Source: Pseudodesulfovibrio piezophilus C1TLV30
GTDB lineage: Bacteria > Desulfobacterota > Desulfovibrionia > Desulfovibrionales > Desulfovibrionaceae
Length of the DNA stretch: 32,000 bases
Reading direction: 5' to 3'
Assembly (NCBI RefSeq): GCF_000341895.1
Contig: NC_020409.1
Span: 840,001 to 872,000 of the forward strand
Positions 1-7,953 of the stretch are shown one piece after another (the stretch's first letter is position 1; each line of letters starts with the position of its first letter). Made by a program: the position numbers and the translations under genes. The notes beneath the pieces are model-generated. The model saw only the letters and a list, made by a program, of their open reading frames with translations, did no database searches and had not been told where the DNA came from.

Positions 1-1355
1 AAAACAGCTGCGGCCAACATTCCGGCCCCGGCAGAGGCAAACCAGCCATTATCCGGCACAGGGCTTGAGTCGGAAGCTGTGTCTTCTGTGAAAGCATGCC
101 GAAACAACCCGAGATAATAATAAATAGCCAGAGCTGAATTCAACACAAGCACTATGACCAACCAGTTATATCCGTGTCCCCAAGCCGAGGTGATGAGGAA
201 GAATTTCCCCATGAAGCCCATTGTTGGAGGCAGCCCGACAAGAGCAAAAGCTCCGGCTGCAAGTGAAAAAGCCAGTACCGGTGCCTTCTTATAAAGCCCA
301 TTAAGATCGTGAAGTTTGAGATTGCGACCATCCACAGCCACTCGACTGATGATCCAGAAGACCAACAGATTCATGACCAGATAAGCCAATGCATAGAAAG
401 CAGCCGCAGCCAATCCTTCAGGTGTGCCACTGACCAAACCAACCATGATATACCCAGCATGAGCAACTGAAGAAAATCCAAGAAGACGTTTCAAATCAGT
501 CTGGACCAATGCCGAAAGGTTGCCGAATGTCATGGAGCAAGCTCCCAAGACAGCGAGAAGCGTTGTCACTTCCAGACCGGGCTTCAAGAATGTTGCCATG
601 CGAACGAGCACCACGATGGCCCCCATCTTGGGCATGGTCGCCACAAAAGCAGCCGTCTCGTTACTCGCTCCCTGGTAAACATCAGGACACCAGAAGTGGA
701 AGGGAAACAGAGCCAGTTTGAAGAACATACCGCCTAGGAAAAGGCACAGGCCGGCAACAGCCATCGGGTTGTCAGCAAAATGCCAGTTCTTCCCTGCGAG
801 TTCAGCAATATACGTCGTGTGCTGACTGGCCATGATGTAGGACAATCCATACAGAGCTAATGCCGTGGCGACAGCCCCGAAAAGGATGTACTTGACCCCC
901 GCTTCCGCTGCGCCCTTGGATTTGGCTCTAAGCGGAATAATCGCGTACATTGAATAAGAAGCCAGCTCCAATGCCAGGTAAATTGTGATCAACTCGACGC
1001 AGGAAGCCAAAAGCATCAGGCCGAACGTTGAAAAACCAAGCAGCATGTAATAATCCGTTCTCTTCTCATCACTGATCGTCTTCTTACGCGATGCATTGAG
1101 AACGACTACGTAGAACCCAAAAGCTATGACTATCTTGAAGAATTGGGACATCATATCGACTTTGTAAACATCCCAGAACAGATACCCCTGTGAACCATAA
1201 GCGACAATTGAAACGAAAAAGCCGAGTCCCGCCCCAAAAGGAAGCCATTTTTCAACATCAGGTTTCCACTCCCTTGTGCCGCAGCTCTGAATCATCAGTG
1301 CAACGACAAGGAGAAGAAAATAGAGTTCCGGGACAATGAGTGTAATGTGAGACAC
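1..1355 (-). CDS. nuoN: NADH-quinone oxidoreductase subunit N (antiporter-like, ND2 type). The 3' end lies beyond the left window edge.
   Basis: Absent from the ORF track because it is truncated. The minus-strand frame is open from 1355 down to 1. GTG at 1355-1353 is preceded by AAGGGGG, which overlaps the nuoM stop. Hand translation reads VSHITLIVPELYFLLLVVALMI...MFFKLALFPFHFWCPDVYQGASNETAAFVATMPKMG...LKRLLGFSSVAHAGYIMVG, typical of NuoN. Confidence 0.85.
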   Translation of the reverse strand, partial: MSHITLIVPELYFLLLVVALMIQSCGTREWKPDVEKWLPFGAGLGFFVSIVAYGSQGYLFWDVYKVDMMSQFFKIVIAFGFYVVVLNASRKKTISDEKRTDYYMLLGFSTFGLMLLASCVELITIYLALELASYSMYAIIPLRAKSKGAAEAGVKYILFGAVATALALYGLSYIMASQHTTYIAELAGKNWHFADNPMAVAGLCLFLGGMFFKLALFPFHFWCPDVYQGASNETAAFVATMPKMGAIVVLVRMATFLKPGLEVTTLLAVLGACSMTFGNLSALVQTDLKRLLGFSSVAHAGYIMVGLVSGTPEGLAAAAFYALAYLVMNLLVFWIISRVAVDGRNLKLHDLNGLYKKAPVLAFSLAAGAFALVGLPPTMGFMGKFFLITSAWGHGYNWLVIVLVLNSALAIYYYLGLFRHAFTEDTASDSSPVPDNGWFASAGAGMLAAAV

Positions 1356-1368
1356 GTTCCTGGCCCCC

Positions 1369-2901
1369 TTATTTCTTGTCCGCCAAGACACTCAGGATGT
1401 CATTGGCGGCAGTTTGCATGGGTTGTTCGGCTTCAAGATGAGCCACTTTACGCTTATCGAAATCGTTCAACAGCTTATTGATGGATGGATCAACGATATT
1501 AAAAAACGGAGTGGGAGCCAGCCCTATCCAGAAAACAAAGACCGCTGGAAGAGCCAGATAGACCCACTCACGAGCATTGAGATCTCTCCATTTGCTGGCA
1601 GTAGTAGGCTTTCCCCAAGCCATTTTGAGAGACACGCGGAACATATAGGCCGCAGCAAGCAATGCACCGGGCACACACAGGAATCCGATCCATGTATTCT
1701 CCTGGAATGCCCCCACAAAAACCAGAATTTCACCCACAAACCCATTGGTTCCCGGGAATCCCAGAGAGGAGAGGGCCATCAGTCCCCAGAAGAACATGAA
1801 AGCAGGCATGTATTTGCCCAAGCCCATATTGTCTGAAATCTCACGACTGTGGCTTCGTTCATACACAGCACCTATCATCATGAAGAGTGCACCCGTGACG
1901 ATACCATGGTTGAGCATCTGGAAAAGCGCTCCCTCCACGCCTCGCATGTTGAAGAGGAAAATGCCAAGGGTTACGAACCCCATATGCCCTACCGAAGAGT
2001 ATGCAATCAACTTTTTAATATCGGACTGGCCCAAAGCAATAGCTCCGCCGTAAATGATGGAAACCAGTGAAATGGCAATCATCATCGGAGCGAAGTAGGC
2101 ACTAGCCGCAGGTGTGAGCGGAAGACAGAAACGAAGGAAACCATAGGTTCCCATCTTGAGCAACACGGCTGCCAGAATGACGGACCCTGCGGACGGAGCC
2201 TGAACATGCGCCGCTGGAAGCCATGTATGGAACGGGAACATGGGAACCTTGATGGCAAAGGCGAGGGCCATGGCAAGAAATGCCCAGAATTGAAATCTGA
2301 AGCTGAAGTTCATCTGCATCAGATCTGGAATGGCAAAGGTGCCCCCGGTTATTCTGAAAGCGACTATCGCCGCCAGCAGCAGAGTTGAACCTGCCAACGT
2401 GTACAGAAAGAACTTGAGTGACGCATATTTGCGATCATCCCCCCCCCAAACCGCGATGAGCAGATACATGGGGATAAGCATGGCTTCCCAGAACACATAA
2501 AACAGGACCAGATCAAGGGAGCAGAAAACACCCAGTACCGAAGAGGTCATGAATAACAGGCAGAAGTGAAACTCTTTGACCCGTTTCCCTATGTAGGTCC
2601 ACGAACACATGACGCATAACGGCAGGATCGCGATCGTCAATAAAACCATAAGTAAGCTGATACCATCCACGCCGAGGTAATACTGCAGTCCCCATTGATG
2701 GACCCAATCTATTTGCTCGACAAACTGGAATTCAGCGTTAAGTTGAAAGTTCATAAGAGGGATGGCTAGCAGCAGCTCAAGGATTGACACCGCAAAAGTG
2801 TACATCCTCACCACCTGCGGAGCCCGCAGGAAGAAAAGGCCACACGCCGCCACCATGGGGAATGCTATCAATACTGTAAGTACCGGATATCCGAAGTCCA
2901 A
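1369..2901 (-). CDS. nuoM: NADH-quinone oxidoreductase subunit M
   Basis: Lies within ORF 1369..3114. Classic NuoM motifs are present: FYVFWEAMLIPMYLLIAVWGGDDRKYASLKFFLYTLAGS and FAIKVPMFPFHTWLPAAHVQAPSAGSVILAAVLLKMGTYG. The start was trimmed to TTG at 2901 (in frame), which has AAGGAGAG 7 nt upstream and sits just after the upstream gene's stop at 2927. The track's 71-aa N-terminal extension overlaps that upstream gene and is not membrane-like. Confidence 0.88.
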   Translation of the reverse strand: MDFGYPVLTVLIAFPMVAACGLFFLRAPQVVRMYTFAVSILELLLAIPLMNFQLNAEFQFVEQIDWVHQWGLQYYLGVDGISLLMVLLTIAILPLCVMCSWTYIGKRVKEFHFCLLFMTSSVLGVFCSLDLVLFYVFWEAMLIPMYLLIAVWGGDDRKYASLKFFLYTLAGSTLLLAAIVAFRITGGTFAIPDLMQMNFSFRFQFWAFLAMALAFAIKVPMFPFHTWLPAAHVQAPSAGSVILAAVLLKMGTYGFLRFCLPLTPAASAYFAPMMIAISLVSIIYGGAIALGQSDIKKLIAYSSVGHMGFVTLGIFLFNMRGVEGALFQMLNHGIVTGALFMMIGAVYERSHSREISDNMGLGKYMPAFMFFWGLMALSSLGFPGTNGFVGEILVFVGAFQENTWIGFLCVPGALLAAAYMFRVSLKMAWGKPTTASKWRDLNAREWVYLALPAVFVFWIGLAPTPFFNIVDPSINKLLNDFDKRKVAHLEAEQPMQTAANDILSVLADKK

Positions 2902-2926
2902 AACAGCTCTCCTTAGATTGTCCGGC

Positions 2927-4720
2927 TTAGCCGAAGTACCAGACCAGGGCGAAGATGCCCAAACCAAGAACGGCGGCAAACGCGAGGTAATCCTGCAGAT
3001 TGGCGGTCTGGGCCTTGGCCCCCACCTTTCCGAGATCCCTGACGGCGTAGGCGCTTCCATCCACCACTGTATCAATGCCCTTCTTGTCGAAGACACTTGT
3101 TCCGGCTCCGGCACTGATCAAAGCTCGCAGACCAACAGTCCGATAGACTTCGGTCCAGAGATCATCAACCTTGGAAATTGGCCAGCATACAGCTTTCATG
3201 GTGACATTGCCGATGAGACGGTAAAACCAGTCAAAGTCCAGATTGAGAAACGCATGCGGTGTAATTATCTTCCGTGTCAGGTAGAATGCCAGACCAGAGA
3301 AACCGAGCAACAAGCTGGAATTAATGACCTTGTCGATATGCCACGGCTCAAAGTGATGCTCCACGGCGTATGGCAGGTAGTGATACAGCATTTCAGGGTA
3401 CACCCCTTGCGCAATGCAAAGAAGACCACAAATTCCCATGCCTATGTACATATTGAACGGCAACGGTTTAACCTCGCCGACATATTCCTTCTTGCCACCC
3501 CAGAATGCAAAGTACGGAAGTTTGATCCCTACAGAGATAAATGTTCCAACTGCGGCGACTTCCATGCCAAGCGCCAGGAGTGTATGGTGCGCTTCAGCAG
3601 CTCCGGCAATAGTCATTGTCTTGGAAATGAAGCCGTTAAACAAAGGCATTCCCGAAATGGACAATGCCGCCACCATATACCAAACCATAACCCAGGGCAG
3701 CTTATAGGCCAATCCCCCCAACTCGTTGAGTTTAACCGTACCGACTGCATAAAGGATAGCACCGGTGCCCATGAAGAGCAGCCCTTTATAGAGGATATGG
3801 GCATATGCGTGTGCCACGGCACCATTGAGCGTCATGGCTGTACCTATACCAATACCCGCGACCATGTATCCGACCTGCGAAACGATATGGTAGGACAGAA
3901 TACGCCGGGCATTATTTTCAATGCAGGCGTAGAGTACACCGAAAACCGCCATACAGGTACCGGCTACGGCAAGGATTTCCCATCCGGCAAAACCCCGAGC
4001 CAGCACATACACAGCAGTTTTAGTTGTGAAAGCACACATGTAAACGGCACCTGCTATCGATGCGCGAGGATATGCGTCAGGCAACCAGGCATGCAGGGGC
4101 ACGACAGCAGCATTAACGCAGAATCCGAGAAGGATCAGCCAATCATACAAATGCGCACTTTGCGGGTCTGCCCCCACAAAGGCAAAAGAACCGGTGGCCT
4201 TGTATTTCAATAGCAATCCGGCCAACAGGAAAAGACCGCCGACTGTGTGATACACAAAGTAGCGGAATCCAGCTCCGACGGACTCTTTGGTTCGAGCCTG
4301 CCAGATAAGGAATGTTGAGCCAATACTCATCAATTCCCAAAACAGAAAAACTGTCAGCAGATCTCCTCCAAAGACGCAACCAAAACCACCTGCCACATAG
4401 AGAGAGCCACACACATAGTGCCCTTTATCCTCTACGTGCATGCCGTAAATAGCCCCGACACAAGCGATGACGGCAAAGACCTGACCAAAAACGATGGACA
4501 GTTTATCAACTCGTCCAAGCACAAGCGCCTGGTCAAGGTAATGTAATGTTCCGTACATGCCAGGCTCAACGGCCATAATGCTGGCCAAGGCAATCAATGG
4601 CGCACAGAGCGCCAATGAGCCTCGAAAAGCTTTATTCAGCCAAAGATCCTTCGGAATGAGGGGAACGAGCGCCGCTAAGACAAGGAAAGCCATGGAGGGA
4701 TGGATGAAACTAGTCTCCAT
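2927..4720 (-). CDS. nuoL: NuoL-like / MrpD-like antiporter-type subunit (597 aa) with a C-terminal lateral-helix-like extension
   Basis: ATG at 4720 follows a strong AAGGAGG site. Proton_antipo_M-type motifs are present: LFWELMSIGSTFLIW, VPLHAWLPDAYPRASIAGAVYMCAFTTKTAVY and HAYAHILYKGLLFMGTGAI. The C-terminal ~90 aa (FDWFYRLIG...GIDTVVDGSAYAVRDLGKVGAKAQTANLQDYLAFAAVLGLGIFALVWYFG) resembles the NuoL amphipathic HL helix plus its terminal TM anchor. Assignment as the L-equivalent rests on motif inspection by eye only. Confidence 0.75.
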   Translation of the reverse strand: METSFIHPSMAFLVLAALVPLIPKDLWLNKAFRGSLALCAPLIALASIMAVEPGMYGTLHYLDQALVLGRVDKLSIVFGQVFAVIACVGAIYGMHVEDKGHYVCGSLYVAGGFGCVFGGDLLTVFLFWELMSIGSTFLIWQARTKESVGAGFRYFVYHTVGGLFLLAGLLLKYKATGSFAFVGADPQSAHLYDWLILLGFCVNAAVVPLHAWLPDAYPRASIAGAVYMCAFTTKTAVYVLARGFAGWEILAVAGTCMAVFGVLYACIENNARRILSYHIVSQVGYMVAGIGIGTAMTLNGAVAHAYAHILYKGLLFMGTGAILYAVGTVKLNELGGLAYKLPWVMVWYMVAALSISGMPLFNGFISKTMTIAGAAEAHHTLLALGMEVAAVGTFISVGIKLPYFAFWGGKKEYVGEVKPLPFNMYIGMGICGLLCIAQGVYPEMLYHYLPYAVEHHFEPWHIDKVINSSLLLGFSGLAFYLTRKIITPHAFLNLDFDWFYRLIGNVTMKAVCWPISKVDDLWTEVYRTVGLRALISAGAGTSVFDKKGIDTVVDGSAYAVRDLGKVGAKAQTANLQDYLAFAAVLGLGIFALVWYFG

Positions 4721-4970
4721 AATAGTCCTCCTTGCGCTTGATAAACGGCTGGACGATTTTTTTCATGATAATGACCATCCCCAATCCGACAAAGAGTCCG
4801 AACCCGGCAAAGAATCCGGGATATCTGTCGAGGCCGAAGTGCGGATGATGCGAGACGAATGGGACATTAAGAACCAGCAGCACAATGAGTACTACGAAGA
4901 AGATGATCTTCCACGTCCTTGCGTTGTCTCTCCATTTGGCGAGAAGCTCGCCTAACCCTTGTTGACTCAT
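4710..4970 (-). CDS. Small (86 aa) predicted two-TM membrane protein embedded in the nuo operon; no family recognised
   Basis: ATG at 4970 with AGGGGG 6 nt upstream. It starts 9 nt after the stop of the 515-aa gene, and its stop overlaps the start of the 597-aa gene by 11 nt. There are two hydrophobic segments, WKIIFFVVLIVLLVLNVPFV and FFAGFGLFVGLGMVIIM, a His-rich loop SHHPHFG, and a charged tail KRKEDYYGD. Confidence 0.6.
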   Translation of the reverse strand: MSQQGLGELLAKWRDNARTWKIIFFVVLIVLLVLNVPFVSHHPHFGLDRYPGFFAGFGLFVGLGMVIIMKKIVQPFIKRKEDYYGD

Positions 4971-4979
4971 ATCTACCCC

Positions 4980-6527
4980 CTAGAACTTGCCCAGAATGTT
5001 GACGAAGTTCAGGAATGTCTGCGGATACAGACCCAGGAACACCGAGATGGTTGCCGTAATGCACAGCGGAATGACCATGGTTTTGGATGCTTCGCCGTAC
5101 TGCTCGATATTGGCCTCAGGAGCCGCTGGCTTGAAGAAGGCACGGTACAGGATAGGGACAAAATACCCTGCGTTGAGCGCCGTACTGAGAAGAAGCAGAA
5201 GCAGAATCGGCCACTGGCCGGAATCCAGGGTACCGTTAATCAAATACCATTTGGAAACAAACCCGCACACGGGCGGCATACCGATCATGGATAATGAAGC
5301 GATCCCGAATGCACCGAATGTCCAAGGCATCCTGCGCCCCAAGCCGTCCATCAAACTGATTTTCTTGAGGTGAGTCGCCACATATATGGCACCCGCACCC
5401 ATGAAGAGCGTTATTTTGGAAAAAGCGTGGTGAGCAATATGCATCACGCCTCCCTGTATTGCCGTATCCGCCAGCATTGTCACACCGACGACGATATATG
5501 AGAGTTGTGCCACTGTTGAGTAGGCCAACCGAGCTTTAATATCGTCCTTGGTCAAGGCGATGAATGAGGCGACGACGAGGGTAAATCCCGCGATATACGC
5601 TGTCCCGTGGGCAATACTCAGATCCCCTAGAAGCGACCCCGGCGCACCGATATAGACCTGGCTCATGGTTAACAGTCCAGCTGTCTTTGTTCCGAACACA
5701 GACAGCACAATTCTACAGACGCAATAGACACCGGCTTTGACAACTGCCACTGCATGCAGCAAGGCCGAAACAGGTGTCGGTGCAACCATGGCAGAAGGCA
5801 GCCAGTTGTGAAACGGCATAAGAGCGGCTTTACCTACACCAAAGATGAACAGCCAATATGTCAGTGCGACCAACCTCGGATGCTCGGCCACAACCTGCGG
5901 GGAGAACATCCCATTAACGATATCTGCCAGGTGGAAATCAAGATTTCCGACCAGCACATAAGTCAAAACCATTGCAGGAAGCAGGAAGAGCTTGGACGTT
6001 CCCATCAGGTAAACGATATACTTGCGGGCACCGACCTTGGCCTCTTCATCTTCGTGATGATACACAAGAGGGTAGGTGAACACGGTAATGATCTCGTAAA
6101 AGAGATAGAGCGTGAACACATTGGCCGCGAGAGCCACCCCGACAGCACCAAAGATAGCGACGGCAAAACAGATGTAATACCGTGTCTGCGCGTGCTCATC
6201 GAGACCGCGCATATAGCCGATATTATAGCTGGTCACAAAGAACCAGAGGAACGGTGCAATCAACCCGAAGACCATTGAGAGGCCGTCGGCGGAAAAGGCG
6301 ATGGTCAAACCGGGAAGGATCGTCGTCACATGGCAATACCAGACCTCGCCTTTCAAGATGGCAGGGGCCATGGACAACATACAGACAAACGTGAGCGCGG
6401 CAGCAATGAAACTGACAGCCTCCCGTTTGTTTTCATCTTTTCTCATTAGCCAGACAAAGAGCGGTGCGATCAGTGTAATCACCACCGGCAGCAGAATCCG
6501 GGCACTTTCGATTGTAACCCCATTCAT
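4980..6527 (-). CDS. Additional MrpD/NuoN-type antiporter-like subunit (515 aa)
   Basis: ATG at 6527 lies 5 nt after the nuoK stop, with a GAAGGAA RBS. Motifs: LYLFYEIITVFTYPLV (TM5 Glu), GVGKAALMPFHNWLPSAMVAPTPVSALLHAVAVVKAG (TM7 Lys, TM8 His/Lys) and HHAFSKITLFMGAGAIY (TM12 Lys). There is no C-terminal lateral-helix extension. Confidence 0.8.
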   Translation of the reverse strand: MNGVTIESARILLPVVITLIAPLFVWLMRKDENKREAVSFIAAALTFVCMLSMAPAILKGEVWYCHVTTILPGLTIAFSADGLSMVFGLIAPFLWFFVTSYNIGYMRGLDEHAQTRYYICFAVAIFGAVGVALAANVFTLYLFYEIITVFTYPLVYHHEDEEAKVGARKYIVYLMGTSKLFLLPAMVLTYVLVGNLDFHLADIVNGMFSPQVVAEHPRLVALTYWLFIFGVGKAALMPFHNWLPSAMVAPTPVSALLHAVAVVKAGVYCVCRIVLSVFGTKTAGLLTMSQVYIGAPGSLLGDLSIAHGTAYIAGFTLVVASFIALTKDDIKARLAYSTVAQLSYIVVGVTMLADTAIQGGVMHIAHHAFSKITLFMGAGAIYVATHLKKISLMDGLGRRMPWTFGAFGIASLSMIGMPPVCGFVSKWYLINGTLDSGQWPILLLLLLSTALNAGYFVPILYRAFFKPAAPEANIEQYGEASKTMVIPLCITATISVFLGLYPQTFLNFVNILGKF

Positions 6528-6532
6528 AACAG

Positions 6533-6841
6533 CTATTCCTTCAAGGTAGTGATGTCACTGGTGCGGGCGGAACCGAACCGCCTGGCGACAACAACAACGA
6601 TTGCCAGCACGATGGTCGCTTCTGCTGCGGCAAGCCCCATGACAAAAAGGGTACCGAGTTGGCCGAGGACCGCATTGAATTCCGTGAGTTGAGCGGCCGC
6701 CACCATGGACAATCCCGCACCATTGAGCATAAGCTCCACACAGATCAACATACCGACAAGGCTTCTCCGCTGAGTCAGACCAAACAGGCCTGCGCACAAC
6801 AAAATCAACGCAACGATTTGATATAGTGTCAGGGCACTCAT
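6533..6841 (-). CDS. nuoK: NADH-quinone oxidoreductase subunit K
   Basis: Lies within ORF 6533..6868. The start was trimmed to ATG at 6841, which forms an ATGA overlap with the nuoJ stop. The ~100-aa 3-TM protein reads MSALTLYQIVALILLCAGLFGLTQRRSLVGMLICVELMLNGAGL...AAAEATIVLAIVV, typical of NuoK/ND4L. Confidence 0.85.
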   Translation of the reverse strand: MSALTLYQIVALILLCAGLFGLTQRRSLVGMLICVELMLNGAGLSMVAAAQLTEFNAVLGQLGTLFVMGLAAAEATIVLAIVVVVARRFGSARTSDITTLKE

Positions 6842-7353
6842 CTCTTCTCCCCTCCTCTCTTTTCCCAAGTCAACAAGACGGCACCAGACATGGCGACCAT
6901 AAGAATGACCGAGATAAGTTCAAAGGGCAGAAAATACGACCCAAGAAGCTCACCGCCCAATTGCTTAATAGTGACCTCTGTTGGGACCGCAAGAGACTGG
7001 ACCGGCCTGGTCATGATCAGCCAGCCGAGAACCCCGGCCGGAGCAAGAGTGGCCGCAAGCCCGAACACATACGTTTTCATAGGGGCCTTTCCGGATTCAT
7101 CTCCACCTCGTTCGGCCCGCGTCAGCATGACTGCGAAGAAGATGAGGACAGAAACGGCTCCCACATAAATCAGGAGTTGCATGAAGGCCATAAACGGAGT
7201 TGCCAGAAGCATATACATGCCGGCTACACCGATCAGTGTGGTGATTAGCCCTACCAGGGCACGGACCAGACTGGAACTTGAGACCGCAACGATTGAGCCT
7301 CCCAAAATGACCAGCGTGTAGATACAAAATGCGACTTTTGCCATTATTTCCAT
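6838..7353 (-). CDS. nuoJ: NADH-quinone oxidoreductase subunit J
   Basis: ATG at 7353 sits one nucleotide after the nuoI stop and is preceded by GGAGG. The product has a hydrophobic ND6-like profile (FMQLLIYVGAVSVLIFFAVMLT). Its position between nuoI and nuoK agrees. Confidence 0.82.
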   Translation of the reverse strand: MEIMAKVAFCIYTLVILGGSIVAVSSSSLVRALVGLITTLIGVAGMYMLLATPFMAFMQLLIYVGAVSVLIFFAVMLTRAERGGDESGKAPMKTYVFGLAATLAPAGVLGWLIMTRPVQSLAVPTEVTIKQLGGELLGSYFLPFELISVILMVAMSGAVLLTWEKRGGEKR

Positions 7354-7354
7354 G

Positions 7355-7942
7355 TTATGCCTCCTTCCCCGATACGGCGGATTGAGCCGTACCTTTGGGA
7401 GCCGGAGCAGACAACTCCGTGGCCTGCTTTTTCAAGCGGGCGATAAGATCTATATGCATCTCCTCCCGGCTTGTTGCCACCCAGTATATATTGTTGGAGA
7501 ACTTCAACGACTTGGCCGGGCAGTTTTCGATGCAGGTCCCGCACAAGCTGCACAAAGTATAGTCATAGGTGAATTTGGCCGGATTCTTCGGCGCTTTGGG
7601 TTTGACGACTTTTTCACCAGCTTCTTCAGCCCGTGCCCATTCCGCTTCCTGTTCAGGTGTCGGTTTGGGAGCCTTTTGCTTGACAACTTTCAGACATTTA
7701 CTCGGGCAGTTGGTCACACACATCATGCACGAAATGCACTTGGGCATGGCCGGATCCTTAGGCTTGCCTATAAGCTCAATGTGCCCACCGTATGTTGACA
7801 GGTTCTCGTCGTCGATGACTTCACGCGGATAATGGACTGTGACCAATGGCTTGCAAAAATACTTGCCTGTGATCTTCAATCCCACCAGCAGAGACCAACA
7901 ATCGAGAATTGGCTGTATGACGTTTTTCTTGAATGTACTCAT
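7355..7942 (-). CDS. nuoI: NADH-quinone oxidoreductase subunit I (2x[4Fe-4S] ferredoxin-type) with an internal low-complexity insertion
   Basis: Lies within ORF 7355..8014, trimmed to ATG at 7942 (MSTFKKNVIQ...), 11 nt after the nuoH stop. Two CxxCxxCxxxCP motifs are present, CISCMMCVTNCP and CSLCGTCIENCP. The HYPRE-type N-terminal segment is typical of NuoI. Confidence 0.85.
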   Translation of the reverse strand: MSTFKKNVIQPILDCWSLLVGLKITGKYFCKPLVTVHYPREVIDDENLSTYGGHIELIGKPKDPAMPKCISCMMCVTNCPSKCLKVVKQKAPKPTPEQEAEWARAEEAGEKVVKPKAPKNPAKFTYDYTLCSLCGTCIENCPAKSLKFSNNIYWVATSREEMHIDLIARLKKQATELSAPAPKGTAQSAVSGKEA

Positions 7943-7953
7943 AATGTGACACC

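Noticed and set aside
509-721. 70-aa plus-strand ORF, along with many other 60-150-aa ORFs in the track that overlap annotated genes.
   Set aside because: All are embedded antisense or out of frame within strongly supported genes, with no independent signals.
1369-3114. Track ORFs with long N-terminal extensions: nuoM to 3114, nuoI to 8014, nuoK to 6868, nuoB to 11249, the GT4 gene to 18946, the DedA-type gene to 20440, the sensor kinase to 24566 and thiC to 26302.
   Set aside because: The extensions overlap the upstream genes, are Arg/Ser/Cys-rich non-homologous sequence, and lack ribosome binding sites. Internal starts with good SD sequences give N-termini that match the families. The ORF track evidently also takes the most upstream ATG, GTG or TTG.
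2762-4213. Very long (483 aa) plus-strand ORF opposite the nuoL-like and nuoM genes.
   Set aside because: It is antisense to two strongly supported membrane-protein genes and crosses their intergenic boundary. It has no RBS. Its translation is Cys/His/Arg/Gly-rich, with no domain-like or hydrophobic pattern. It is a typical shadow ORF opposite codon-biased genes.
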